DNA of 64,000 nucleotides, taken from positions 2,441-66,440 of IMG/VR virus record IMGVR_UViG_3300027789_000015; one strand, given 5' to 3'. Positions 19,584-29,469 of this stretch are shown here, piece by piece (the first letter of the stretch is position 1; every line of letters begins with the position of its first letter). The translations under genes were made by a program, and so were the position numbers. Below the pieces are notes generated by a model. The model did no database searches. It was given only the letters and a program-made list of their open reading frames with translations, and had not been told where the DNA came from. The stretch is from a virus.

Positions 19584-20029
19584 AGCCCCGCCCTCTCTAC
19601 ATCTTCGACCTCGACGGCACGCTCGCGTTGATCGAGCACCGTCGCCACTTCGTCGAGAACCGCGCGAACCGCTGGAAGGAGTTCTTCGAGGCTTGCGTCG
19701 ATGACCTGCCCAACACGCCAGTGATCGAGGTCTTCAAGGCCCTGGCCTGCAACATGGTCGACATCTGGATCTTCAGCGGCCGCAGCGACGCGGTGCGCAC
19801 GCAGACCGAAGAGTGGTGCGTCAAGCACCTCGGCTGGTGCCCGCCTTTGGAAATGCGCCGCAGCGGCGACTTCACACCCGACGACGTGCTGAAGAAGCAG
19901 TGGCTCGATTCGATGCTCCCCGAGGATCGCGAGCGCCTCGTGTGCGTGTTCGACGACCGCGACCGCGTCGTCAAGATGTGGCGCGACAACGGCGTCACGT
20001 GCTTGCAGGTGGCGCCGGGCGAGTTCTAA
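19580..20029 (+). CDS. HAD-family phosphatase (T4 PNK 3'-phosphatase-like)
   Basis: IFDLDGTLA, FSGR, FDDRDRVV, QVAPGEF motifs; AAGGAG RBS. Confidence 0.85.
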   Translation: MKPRPLYIFDLDGTLALIEHRRHFVENRANRWKEFFEACVDDLPNTPVIEVFKALACNMVDIWIFSGRSDAVRTQTEEWCVKHLGWCPPLEMRRSGDFTPDDVLKKQWLDSMLPEDRERLVCVFDDRDRVVKMWRDNGVTCLQVAPGEF

Positions 20030-20535
20030 TGCGCCCTGACAACGCACTTGAGTAGAGGAGAGTCTCATGCCCCAAACCGTCTACAGCGAAGCAGAGTACC
20101 AAGCGCTGTGTGATGAGCTGAACATCGCCAACACGCGGCTGAAGGCTGCGGAAGCCATGCGCCCTCAGTGGGCCATGGGCCACACCTCGGACAGCGTGGC
20201 CGCCCAGACGAAGAGCGTCGCGTTGCAGCAGGTCTGGGATTTCCTAGGCGTGTCAGACCAGACTGCTTGCATGCAAGCTCTCAAGCTGCGGGTCACCCGG
20301 CGAGTGGCCTGATGCACTCCGACATCAAGCTCCTCATGGATCGTGAGCAGGAGCTGGCCAACAGCGGGTGGAACATGACGCCCGGCGAGCTGACCGCACA
20401 GACCAGCGTGTTCAAGGCCGCGGCTTGCTGGTTCGCGTTCGCGTACCTGCACCCTCGCGAGTCCAGTGAGTTCCTCATTTCCCAACGCGTCGTCGAGACG
20501 CTTCACCCTCAAACTACTTCAAGGAGTTCCCCACG

Positions 20536-21567
20536 ATGAGCACCATTCAGGCCGGCAACGCCGCCACGATCACTCCGAGCCACTGCCTTCGCCTGCTGCC
20601 CACGCTGTACAAGCTGCGCCGCTCGTTCTTCCTGAAGGGCCCGGTCGGCGTCGGCAAGTCATCCATCGTTGCGCAGTTCTGCACCGCCAACAAGCTGGAG
20701 ATGCGCGACGTGCGTCTGAGTCAGATGGACCCGACCGACATCAAGGGCTTCCCCAGCCCCGACGCCGCGAAGAACCTGATGCGCTGGCTCCCGCCCGACT
20801 TCCTGCCCACGGACAAGAAGTCGAAGGGCGTGCTGTTCCTCGACGAGCTGACCAGCGCCCCGACCGCCGTCCAGGCCAGCGCTTACCAGCTCATGCTCGA
20901 CCGCAAGGTGGGCAGCTACATCCTGCCCCCTGGCTGGTCGGTCGGTGCCGCTGGCAACCGCGAGATCGACCGCTCCATCGTCAACCGCCAGCCGGCGGCG
21001 CTGGCGAACCGCATGATCCACCTGAACATCGACGCCTCGCTCGAATGCTGGGTGCCGTGGGCCATGGCGAACGGCATCACGCCGACCACCGTCGCCTACC
21101 TGCGCTTCGAGGAGAAGAACCTCCACAACTTCGACCCGCAGTCCGCCGAGGCAGCGTTCCCGACGCCTCGCTCGTGGGTGTTCGCCGACGAGGTGATGCG
21201 CGAGGGCCTGCCCCCGGTCGACGCGATCCCGCTGCTGCGCGGCGCTGTCGGCCCGGCTGCGATGAACTACTGGGCTTTTGCGCAGATGATGGCCGAGCTG
21301 CCCACCCGCGACGAGATCGCGATGGACCCGGAGCACGCGCCGATTCCCGAGAAGCCCGATGCACGGCTGGCCACGGCCACGATGCTGTCGATGGCAGCGA
21401 AGGACGTGAGTGCGTTCAAGACGTTCCTCACGTACATGCAGCGCATGAATCAAGAGATGCAGGTCATCTTCATGCGCGACATGCTGGCGAAGGGCACGGA
21501 CGTGCCGGTCAAGACCACGCCTGAGTTCACGAAGTGGGCCTTCGCAAACAGCGACGTGATGCTGTGA
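20536..21567 (+). CDS. AAA+ ATPase (MoxR/dynein-like)
   Basis: GPVGVGKS, LFLDE, AAGN, ALANR, TPRSW. Confidence 0.9.
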   Translation: MSTIQAGNAATITPSHCLRLLPTLYKLRRSFFLKGPVGVGKSSIVAQFCTANKLEMRDVRLSQMDPTDIKGFPSPDAAKNLMRWLPPDFLPTDKKSKGVLFLDELTSAPTAVQASAYQLMLDRKVGSYILPPGWSVGAAGNREIDRSIVNRQPAALANRMIHLNIDASLECWVPWAMANGITPTTVAYLRFEEKNLHNFDPQSAEAAFPTPRSWVFADEVMREGLPPVDAIPLLRGAVGPAAMNYWAFAQMMAELPTRDEIAMDPEHAPIPEKPDARLATATMLSMAAKDVSAFKTFLTYMQRMNQEMQVIFMRDMLAKGTDVPVKTTPEFTKWAFANSDVML

Positions 21568-21826
21568 GCTGGCTCCCCTACGCTTTGTTGGCTGGGGGCT
21601 TCATTGCCGCCGTGGCGCTCGCGTGGTGGTTGCTCGGCCTCTTCGAGGGCGACGACAACGAACTGCCGCCCGACAACTTCGAGTATTGCAACCCGCAGGA
21701 TTGGGGCGACCAGTGAGCGACCGTGGCCGCTCATTCCTGGCCGTCCTCGCTGCGGTCGCGTGGGCGGTGCTCTGCGCGCTCACCATCGCAGGCCTGCTCT
21801 GACCCAACCCAACCAAGGAACTCTGC

Positions 21827-22339
21827 ATGAGACTCACCAGAATCATCCGCGAAGCATTCGTCCGCAGTGTCATGAACGACGTGCCGTCCATCGACTACTT
21901 CGAGCAGTACCGCAAGCTCTATCAGACGGCGGTGCTGTCCAAGGCACCGGCCGAGGTGCGCGCGGCTTACCCCAAGCATCAGGCGTGGCTGAGCCGAGAG
22001 CACAGCTGGACCGCCGGCTCGATCCCCGGGTTCTACTGTGTCCGTGAACGCAACGGCACTGTGCAGATCGACCCTGCCATCCAGGCCCAGCTCGACGAGA
22101 TCGACAAGCTGTACAGCCAACAGAACGACGCCCGTCATGAGCTGCAGATGAAGCTCAAAGGCGTGGTCGAGAGCTGCACGACCCGCAAGGCGCTGGCCCA
22201 AGCGCTGCCGGAGTTCGAGAAGTACCTCCCCAAGGAAGAGGACAAGGTCTCGAACCTGCCGGCCCTGGCCAACGTGATGACAGACTTCATGAAGGCCGGC
22301 TGGCCGAAAGACCGTGCTGCTGCTGACGTGGTCACCTGA
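21827..22339 (+). CDS. Nmad5-like hypothetical protein
   Basis: MRLT..IR start and TxKxL...PEFEKYLP motif. Confidence 0.55.
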   Translation: MRLTRIIREAFVRSVMNDVPSIDYFEQYRKLYQTAVLSKAPAEVRAAYPKHQAWLSREHSWTAGSIPGFYCVRERNGTVQIDPAIQAQLDEIDKLYSQQNDARHELQMKLKGVVESCTTRKALAQALPEFEKYLPKEEDKVSNLPALANVMTDFMKAGWPKDRAAADVVT

Positions 22340-22558
22340 GCTGACGACTCCCGCGCCGCGCCGGCGAACGAGGTCGGTAGGAGCGTGGGTGGAGAACTTT
22401 GTCGTCCGTGGTGCCTGGAAGAAGCAGTACGAAGACGGCTTCGACTTCGACTACGACCACCCCAACGACGCTCAGAACGACGCGGCGCGTGGCGTGATGG
22501 AGGCGATCTACGCCATCTACATGCTGAAGATTTATCTGGTAGCTGAGGTACTGACGAA

Positions 22559-23383
22559 ATGAGCACTCCCCTTCAAGACAGCGCGATGCTCGTCGCGCTC
22601 AACATCAGCCAGTGGACGGCCCGCAAGTACGACAAGGTCGCCACGAACGAGGTCGACCGCAACCACGGGGCGAAGGACGCCGGCCGCTACAACAAGCTGT
22701 TGGTCGACAAGGCCGCGCTCGATCCGATGGACGAGATCGCCAGCGCCGCGCGCCAGCACCACTACAGCGTCACGCTGCCGTGGGGCAACCAGGGCGAGCG
22801 CCTGCTGCCGGCCACACTGTTCATGGACTACGTGCAGACCATGGGGCAGTTCAAAGCCGAGTTCGAGTCCCGCGCTGCGAAGTTCGCCGCGATCTACCCG
22901 CAGCTCGTGCAGGACGCACGGCAGCGCCTGGGCACGCTGTACAACCCGGCGGACTACCCCACCGAGGTGCGCAGCCGCTTCTCGTTCGACACGCCCGTCT
23001 CGCCGGTGGCCAGCGCGAACGACTTCCGCGTGAACCTGAACAGCGAGTACGTGGAGGCCATCAAGCGCGAGATCACCGAGCGCCAGGACACGCAGCGCAC
23101 GGAGGCCGTGAAGCACGTCTGGAAGCGCGTGCGCGAGGTCGTCGAGCGCATCGAAGAGACGTGCTCGAAGGAGAAGCCGCGGATCTTCGACTCGATGATC
23201 GAGAGCGCCAGCCAGCTCATCCAGGTGCTGCCGGCGCTGAACCTGAACAACGACCCCGAGCTGGATCGGATCGCCCACGAGATGAAGAAGCTCGTGGTGT
23301 CGCCCGACGTGCTGCGGGCGAACCCACACCGTCGTGCGGACCTCGCCAAGGCCGCTGGCGAAGTGCTGCTGACGCTGCCCTGA
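22559..23383 (+). CDS. DUF3150-like protein
   Basis: LNISQWTARK, TLPW..G.RLLP, LYNPADYP; lies between the AAA and VWA genes. Confidence 0.6.
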   Translation: MSTPLQDSAMLVALNISQWTARKYDKVATNEVDRNHGAKDAGRYNKLLVDKAALDPMDEIASAARQHHYSVTLPWGNQGERLLPATLFMDYVQTMGQFKAEFESRAAKFAAIYPQLVQDARQRLGTLYNPADYPTEVRSRFSFDTPVSPVASANDFRVNLNSEYVEAIKREITERQDTQRTEAVKHVWKRVREVVERIEETCSKEKPRIFDSMIESASQLIQVLPALNLNNDPELDRIAHEMKKLVVSPDVLRANPHRRADLAKAAGEVLLTLP

Positions 23384-23395
23384 ACAAGGACCACC

Positions 23396-24502
23396 ATGAC
23401 CGACATCACGCTCTTCAAGAAGATGACCAAGGCGCGGATCAAGCTGCTGGTCAACCAGCCCTTCTTCGGCCAGCTCGCGCTGCGGCTGAACCTCGTCGAG
23501 AAGCCTGACCTCAAGCCGCCGACCCTGGCCACGAACGGCAAGTCGATCTTCTACCACCCCGAATGGGTGGCGTCGCACGACGGCGTGACTGTCCAGGCCG
23601 GCATCGGCCATGAGGTCGGCCACGTGGTCATGCAGCACCTGGGGCGCGGCAAGGGCAAGCAGCAGGGGCGCTGGGGCCATGCCGTCGACTACGCCGTCAA
23701 CGACATGCTGACCGACTGCGGCTTCCAGATCCCCGACGACTGGGTCCACAACCCGATGTTCAAGGGCATGGCCGCTGAGGCGATCTACAAGCTGCTGCCG
23801 GAAGACCCGCCTGATGGCAGCGGCGGTAGCGACGGAGGCTTCGACGGCCACAGCGACGAGCCGTTCGACGAAGAGCAGGCCGTCGAGTGGCAGGTCGCCG
23901 CGGTCAACGCCGCTGAGGTGCAGCGCACGCGCCAGAACGGCACGCTACCCGGCACGCTGCAGCGCTTCATCGACGAGATGACCTCGCCCAAGGTCGACTG
24001 GCGCACGGTGCTGCGTCGCTTCGCCAACAGCCCGGCCAAGGACGACTATGCGTGGCATCGGCCGAACCGCAAGTACCTCGCGCTGGGTGTGATCCTGCCC
24101 GGCATGTACAGCGAGACCGTCGAGGACGGCACGACGATCATCGACACCTCGGGTTCGATCACGCAGGAGGTGCTGACAGCGTTCTCCAGCGAGATCGCCG
24201 ACATCCGCGTCTCGGTGAAGCCGCGCATGCTGCGCACGATCTACTGCGACGCGCGAGTGAACCACGTCGATGAGTTCCTGCCCGACGACGAGTTCAAGAC
24301 CGAGATGCACGGTGGCGGCGGCACGGACTTCCGGCCGCCGTTCAACTGGCTCGAAGAGCGCGCCATCGAGCCGACCTTCGCAATCTACCTGACGGACGGC
24401 TACGGCCCGTTCCCGAAGGAAGAGCCCAAGTATCCAGTCCTCTGGGTCATGACCACCGACGTGCAGCCGCCTTGGGGCGAATGCGTGCGCATCGAACTCT
24501 AA
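23396..24502 (+). CDS. DUF2201-type metallopeptidase plus VWA domain protein
   Basis: PFFG, HEVGH zincin motif, DYAVN, MIDAS DTSGS, GGGGTDF, YLTDG. Confidence 0.9.
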   Translation: MTDITLFKKMTKARIKLLVNQPFFGQLALRLNLVEKPDLKPPTLATNGKSIFYHPEWVASHDGVTVQAGIGHEVGHVVMQHLGRGKGKQQGRWGHAVDYAVNDMLTDCGFQIPDDWVHNPMFKGMAAEAIYKLLPEDPPDGSGGSDGGFDGHSDEPFDEEQAVEWQVAAVNAAEVQRTRQNGTLPGTLQRFIDEMTSPKVDWRTVLRRFANSPAKDDYAWHRPNRKYLALGVILPGMYSETVEDGTTIIDTSGSITQEVLTAFSSEIADIRVSVKPRMLRTIYCDARVNHVDEFLPDDEFKTEMHGGGGTDFRPPFNWLEERAIEPTFAIYLTDGYGPFPKEEPKYPVLWVMTTDVQPPWGECVRIEL

Positions 24503-24514
24503 AGGAGACCGCAG

Positions 24515-25531
24515 ATGAAACTCACATTGGACGTGGCGCGCAAGCTCCACGTCCTCACTCTGGAGCTGGAGAACGACGGCGTGTTCCACCGTGCATTCAC
24601 CAGGCCTGGGTACACCAAAGCGGAACTGCGCTTGTTTGTCCGAGACTACGCCACCGGGAAGACCCATGCCCGGCTGGTGCAGCACCCAGGCACACCGCAG
24701 AACGAGTTCGAGACCCGCCCTGGCTACTTGTACCGTGAAGCGATTCGCGAGTACCTGTGCAAGAGCTGGGACTACGAGCCAGCGTACGCCCCGGCGCAAG
24801 GCCCCGAGAAGGACTGGCGGAAGGCCGAGCGCCCTGTTGTCGAACTCGGGAGCGACGACACTGGCAACTACTTCGTGGTCATCGAAGCGAAGGCGTCGAA
24901 GGTGGCGGCGCTCAGGCGCGAGGCCGACGACTACAGCGCGCTGCCTGACGGCACGATCCTGCACACGCGAAGCCAGGGCGACTACATCAAGGGGCCGCAC
25001 CCGAAAGCGGCGCATGTCAAACCTTGTGTGGGCCGCCCCGTGTTCGCTTGGAAAGTCGGGGATGAGTCTTTGACGCACCCGTCTTGGATTGCTGCAACAC
25101 CTGAGGGCAGCGCTTCCGCCCGCGATGACGAGGGGCGCGATTGGGACATCGTCGGCTTCACCTTTGCCCAAGACCAGATCGACGCGGAGATCGCAGCACC
25201 CCGCGCCGACCCCGAGCATCCGCTGTATCTGCAAGAAGCCAACAACCACCTCACCAACGCCTCCGAGCATTTTGCCCGGCTGGCAACCTCCCTGAAGGAA
25301 ATCGCCATGAACAAGCAAGCCATCATCGACATCACCACCAAGACCCTGGTCAACGGCGTCGACATCAAGGAGCTGTCCGACAGCGCCGTCTACGACCTGA
25401 TCGCCAGCCAGGAAGCGGCCATCGCCGAGCTGGAGAAGATCAACGCGAAGCCCAAGAAGCTGGTCGCCGAGATCGCCAAGCGCAAGGCCGGCATCGCCGC
25501 TCTGGTCGAGTACCTCGACAGCAAGGAGTGA
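24515..25531 (+). CDS. Hypothetical protein; C-terminal 74 aa probably also made from an internal start at 25307
   Basis: AAGGAG RBS; internal GAAGGAA RBS and stronger codon bias after 25307. Confidence 0.55.
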   Translation: MKLTLDVARKLHVLTLELENDGVFHRAFTRPGYTKAELRLFVRDYATGKTHARLVQHPGTPQNEFETRPGYLYREAIREYLCKSWDYEPAYAPAQGPEKDWRKAERPVVELGSDDTGNYFVVIEAKASKVAALRREADDYSALPDGTILHTRSQGDYIKGPHPKAAHVKPCVGRPVFAWKVGDESLTHPSWIAATPEGSASARDDEGRDWDIVGFTFAQDQIDAEIAAPRADPEHPLYLQEANNHLTNASEHFARLATSLKEIAMNKQAIIDITTKTLVNGVDIKELSDSAVYDLIASQEAAIAELEKINAKPKKLVAEIAKRKAGIAALVEYLDSKE

Positions 25532-25538
25532 GCCTGCC

Positions 25539-26439
25539 ATGTCGGAGTGGACGATTGCCGATCAGCACACAGCGCTCGCTGAAGGCTGGGGCGTCTTCGA
25601 CTCCGGCATCGACGGTAACGGCTTGCCGTCCGACCAACATATTGAGCGACTTGACGCCCCTGAGCAATGGGGCTCTACCGCGTACCTTGCGTCGGACGAA
25701 GAAGCCTTCGCGCTCATGCAAGCCGGCAAACAGCCCCACCACATCAAGGCACTAGCTCTCCATGTCGCTTGGCTCCTCACTCGTCGAAGAGAAGACTGAG
25801 TTCACTTTCGAGCAGCTCAGCGAGAGCGCGAAAGACCGAGCCCGTGAGCAGTACAAGGGTGACGAGTACCCATGGGGCAACTGGTGGGAGCCGGTCTACG
25901 AGGACTTCGTCGAGATCGCGTCTCGCCTCGGGTTCGCCATCGACAAGGAGCACATTCAGTTCTCCGGGTTCTGGAGCCAGGGCGACGGCGCGTCGTTCAC
26001 TGGGCGCTACGCTTGCGACGGCCCGCACAGCGCCGCCATCAAGGAGTACATGGCGGCCGACGAGGTCTTGCAGGCGCTGGCCGGGCGCCTCGATGCCTTG
26101 CAGGTCGCTGCGCAGCTTCGGTACGAGCGCAAGTGGAGCGCCACCGTTGCGAGCGACCTCAGCAGGTACTGCCACTCCGGAGGTATGAGTGCTGGCAACG
26201 CCATGCTGGGTGACCTCTGCTTCGACGACGACGATGTTGAGCCTAGCTGGGGCCCAGACTTTGAGCACGCCGAGACCGAGATTCGCAACGTAGCTCGTGC
26301 CCTGGCGGACTGGCTCTACAGGGCGCTGGAAAAGGAGTATGAGTACCTCTGCTCCAACGAACACCTTGACGAGATCTTGGGAAACGGCGACGACCTGTAC
26401 GACGAAGATGGTGACACAATTGACCCTACCCCCACCTGA
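25539..26439 (+). CDS. Two hypothetical ORFs (25539-25799; 25762-26439 acidic protein with FSGFWSQGDGASF)
   Basis: ORF track, contiguous with the operon. Confidence 0.65.
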
Positions 26440-26448
26440 AACACGACC

Positions 26449-27174
26449 ATGACCCAAACCGTCCAGAGCTGGTCGCACAGCAAGGCCGTCGACTTCGAGA
26501 AGTGCAAGGGCATGTTCTGGCTCAAGCACGGGGAGAAGATCCCCGAGCCCGAGCGGCCGCTGCCCCCAGGCAAAACCGAGCATGCCAACGACCGTGGCAC
26601 CCGCATCCACACGGACTGCGAGGAGTACGTCAACGGCACCTCGGACTACTTGCCCGTCGAAGCTGAGAAGAGCTTTGGCCCGCAGCTCGACCTGCTGCGC
26701 CACTTGTTCACGTTGGGACAGGTCACGCTCGAAGGCGAATGGGCCATGGACATGGACTGGGCACCGGCGGACTGGAAGAAGGGCTGGCTGCGCCTGAAGC
26801 TCGACGCCCTGGTCCACGTGCAGGATGACGAGGCTATCGTCATCGACTACAAGACCGGCCGCAAGTTTGGCAACGAGATCAAGCACGCCGAGCAGCTTCA
26901 GCTCTACCAGCTTGTCACGTTCCTGCGCTATCCGCACCTGGGGCGCGTGACTGCCGAGTTGTGGTATCTCGACCAGCCTGACGGCAGCAACCTGACCTCG
27001 CTCACGTTCACGCGTGACCAGGGTTTGCGCTTCCGTGAGAAGTGGCACAAGCGCGGCCTGAACATCACGACCTGCACGCAGTTCCCGTTCAACCCGAACA
27101 TCTTCAGTTGTAAATACTGCCCCTACGGCCCTTGGGAAGGTGGCACGGGGCACTGCCAAGTGGGGAAGCGATGA
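26449..27174 (+). CDS. PD-(D/E)XK exonuclease, Cas4/RecB-like
   Basis: SxS..FxxC, RGTRIH, KLD, IDYKTG, QLxLY, CKYC...C. Confidence 0.88.
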   Translation: MTQTVQSWSHSKAVDFEKCKGMFWLKHGEKIPEPERPLPPGKTEHANDRGTRIHTDCEEYVNGTSDYLPVEAEKSFGPQLDLLRHLFTLGQVTLEGEWAMDMDWAPADWKKGWLRLKLDALVHVQDDEAIVIDYKTGRKFGNEIKHAEQLQLYQLVTFLRYPHLGRVTAELWYLDQPDGSNLTSLTFTRDQGLRFREKWHKRGLNITTCTQFPFNPNIFSCKYCPYGPWEGGTGHCQVGKR

Positions 27175-27794
27175 GTCGCTTCTTCGTCGCTATCGAGGCG
27201 ATCACCGACCCGTTCCCACTGTCCGCGCTGGCCGAAGGCTTTGCCCAGGCTGTCGCCGAAGCTGAGACGGACGGCGACGACCCGGAGAAGTGTCCTGCTG
27301 TGCTGCTGCTCGGCGGGCTCATCTCTTTCCGCACACATGGCGATGTGCGCTCCATGAACAGCTACCAGCGCCTTCTGGACGAATGTCGGGGGCGTATTGA
27401 TTCGAGGGAGATCCAGTGAAGCTCTCTGGCGGGCTCAAGGCCCTGGCTCGTTCCAGTGTCAATCACGTCGCTGACAAGGACGAGGTCTATACCTCCGCGA
27501 AACGGACCTATGCGAAGCGTCTCTCGCCGGCCAAGAAGGCTCGCGCCAAGGAGCTGATCGACGAGGGCTACACGCCGCGAGATGTCGCTTTCAGCCTTGG
27601 CATCACCTACGCCCAGGCTCAAACCTTCTGCAGAAAGCCCAAGAAATGAAGTTCTTCATCGTGTGGCCCTTGCGCATCCTTGGCGCCCTGTTCTGGGCGC
27701 TCTACATGCTCGCGGGGGTGATCTTCTTCAAGACGCTCATCGGCCTCGCTTGTCTCCTGCTGGCCATCCTCCGCTACCTGAACGGCCCACGCCC

Positions 27795-29234
27795 ATGATC
27801 AAGTCCCGTGCAGTCGCCAAGGCTATGGCGCACCAGACCGCCAGTCTCAAGCATGACGCTGCCAATCCTGTGGTGTTCGACATGTCGGACCCCGGCACCG
27901 GCAAGACCTACGTCCGCATCATGGCCTTCGCCGGCCGGCGCAAGAAGCGCAGCGGGTGCCTCCTTGTGCTCGCCCCGCGCTCGCTGCTGCGCGCGGCCTG
28001 GGCCAATGACCTGCACAAGTTCGCGCCCCATCTGAAGGTGTCCGTGGCCACGGCCGACGTGCGCGGCGATGCCTTCGAGGAAGACGCCGACGTGTACGTG
28101 GCCAACCACGACGCGGTGAAGTGGCTGGCCAAGCAGAAGCCGGCCTTCTTCAAGAAGTTCAGCGAGCTGGTGATCGACGAGAGCACGGCCTTCAAGCACC
28201 ACACCAGCCAGCGCTCGAAGGCGGTCGGCAAGATCGCCAAGTATTTCGACCGCCGGGCCAACCTCACCGCCACGCCGACGACGAACAGCATCACCGACAT
28301 CTGGCACCAGATGCACATCCTCGACGGCGGCCGTCGCCTAGGGCCGAGCTTCTACGGCTTCCGCAACAGCGTGTGCGAGCCGTCGCAAGTCGGGCGCAGT
28401 GCCAAGGCCGTCCGCTGGTCGGACAAGGAAGGCGCCGAGGAGGCGGTGTACAGCCTGATCGAAGACGTGGTTGTGCGCCACAAGTTCGAGGACTGCGTGG
28501 ACATCCCGCCAACGCTGATCCACACCCTGCCCTACACGATGACGCCCAAGCAGCGCCGCGTGTACGACGACATGGAGGAGAAGCAGCTCCTGCCACTGCT
28601 GGGCTCCATCGGCAATCAGGTCGCGAGCACGCTGACCCAGTCGAAGTTCCGCGTCATGGCCGTCAACGCTGCGTCCGTCGTGACCAAGCTGCTGCAGATC
28701 GCCAGCGGCGCGGTGTACTCCACCGGCGGCGACTACAGCGTGATCGACACCTCGCGCTACGAGATGCTGATGGACCTCGCTGAGGTGCGCCAGCACCCGC
28801 TGATGTTCTTCTACTGGCAGCACCAGCGCGACCTCCTCGTGGCCGAGGCCGAGCGCCGCGGCAAGACGTTCGCCGTGATCGAGGGCAAGACGAAGGACAG
28901 CGAGCGCAACGCCATCGTCACGCGCTACCAGATGGGTGAGTACGACGTAGTGTTCGCCCACCCGAAGAGCGCGGCCCACGGCCTCACGATGACCGCCGGC
29001 ACCTCGACGATCTTCACCGGCCCGACGCACGACCTGGAGTGGTTCAAGCAGGGCGGCCGCCGGCAGGCCCGCATCGGCCAGAAAAAGAAGACCGAGATCG
29101 TGACCGTCATCGCCGAGGACTCGCGCGAGGTCGACGTGTACGACGGCATCCTGATGCCGAAGGACGGCCGCATGTCGAACCTCTTGAGCCTGTTCGTGCT
29201 CGGCATGAAGGACCGCGGGCTGGAGGAGGCGTGA
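27795..29234 (+). CDS. SNF2-family helicase
   Basis: DPGTGKT, VIDES, LTATP, KLLQIASG, HGLT, RQARIGQ. Confidence 0.9.
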   Translation: MIKSRAVAKAMAHQTASLKHDAANPVVFDMSDPGTGKTYVRIMAFAGRRKKRSGCLLVLAPRSLLRAAWANDLHKFAPHLKVSVATADVRGDAFEEDADVYVANHDAVKWLAKQKPAFFKKFSELVIDESTAFKHHTSQRSKAVGKIAKYFDRRANLTATPTTNSITDIWHQMHILDGGRRLGPSFYGFRNSVCEPSQVGRSAKAVRWSDKEGAEEAVYSLIEDVVVRHKFEDCVDIPPTLIHTLPYTMTPKQRRVYDDMEEKQLLPLLGSIGNQVASTLTQSKFRVMAVNAASVVTKLLQIASGAVYSTGGDYSVIDTSRYEMLMDLAEVRQHPLMFFYWQHQRDLLVAEAERRGKTFAVIEGKTKDSERNAIVTRYQMGEYDVVFAHPKSAAHGLTMTAGTSTIFTGPTHDLEWFKQGGRRQARIGQKKKTEIVTVIAEDSREVDVYDGILMPKDGRMSNLLSLFVLGMKDRGLEEA

Positions 29235-29469
29235 TCGTCGCCGACCGCCGAGCCGGCTGGGTGGCCAGCGGGCAGCACGTGACGACGATCCCCGCCGGCA
29301 AGCCTCTGGGGCTGCTGGAGATGTTGGAGTTCTACGAGCTGCGCCCTGGCCACCGGCACTTCGCCCATCTGGCGAAGGGCTCGCGCTACCCCCGGGTCGT
29401 GCTGCTGAAGGACAACGGCGCCTTCGTGGTCGCTCCCCTTAACCCTGATGTGGTCGTGAAGGAAAAACC

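Noticed and set aside
26449..27174. Cas4-like gene as evidence of a CRISPR system
   Set aside because: Stand-alone exonuclease in a replication module; no cas1/cas2 or array seen
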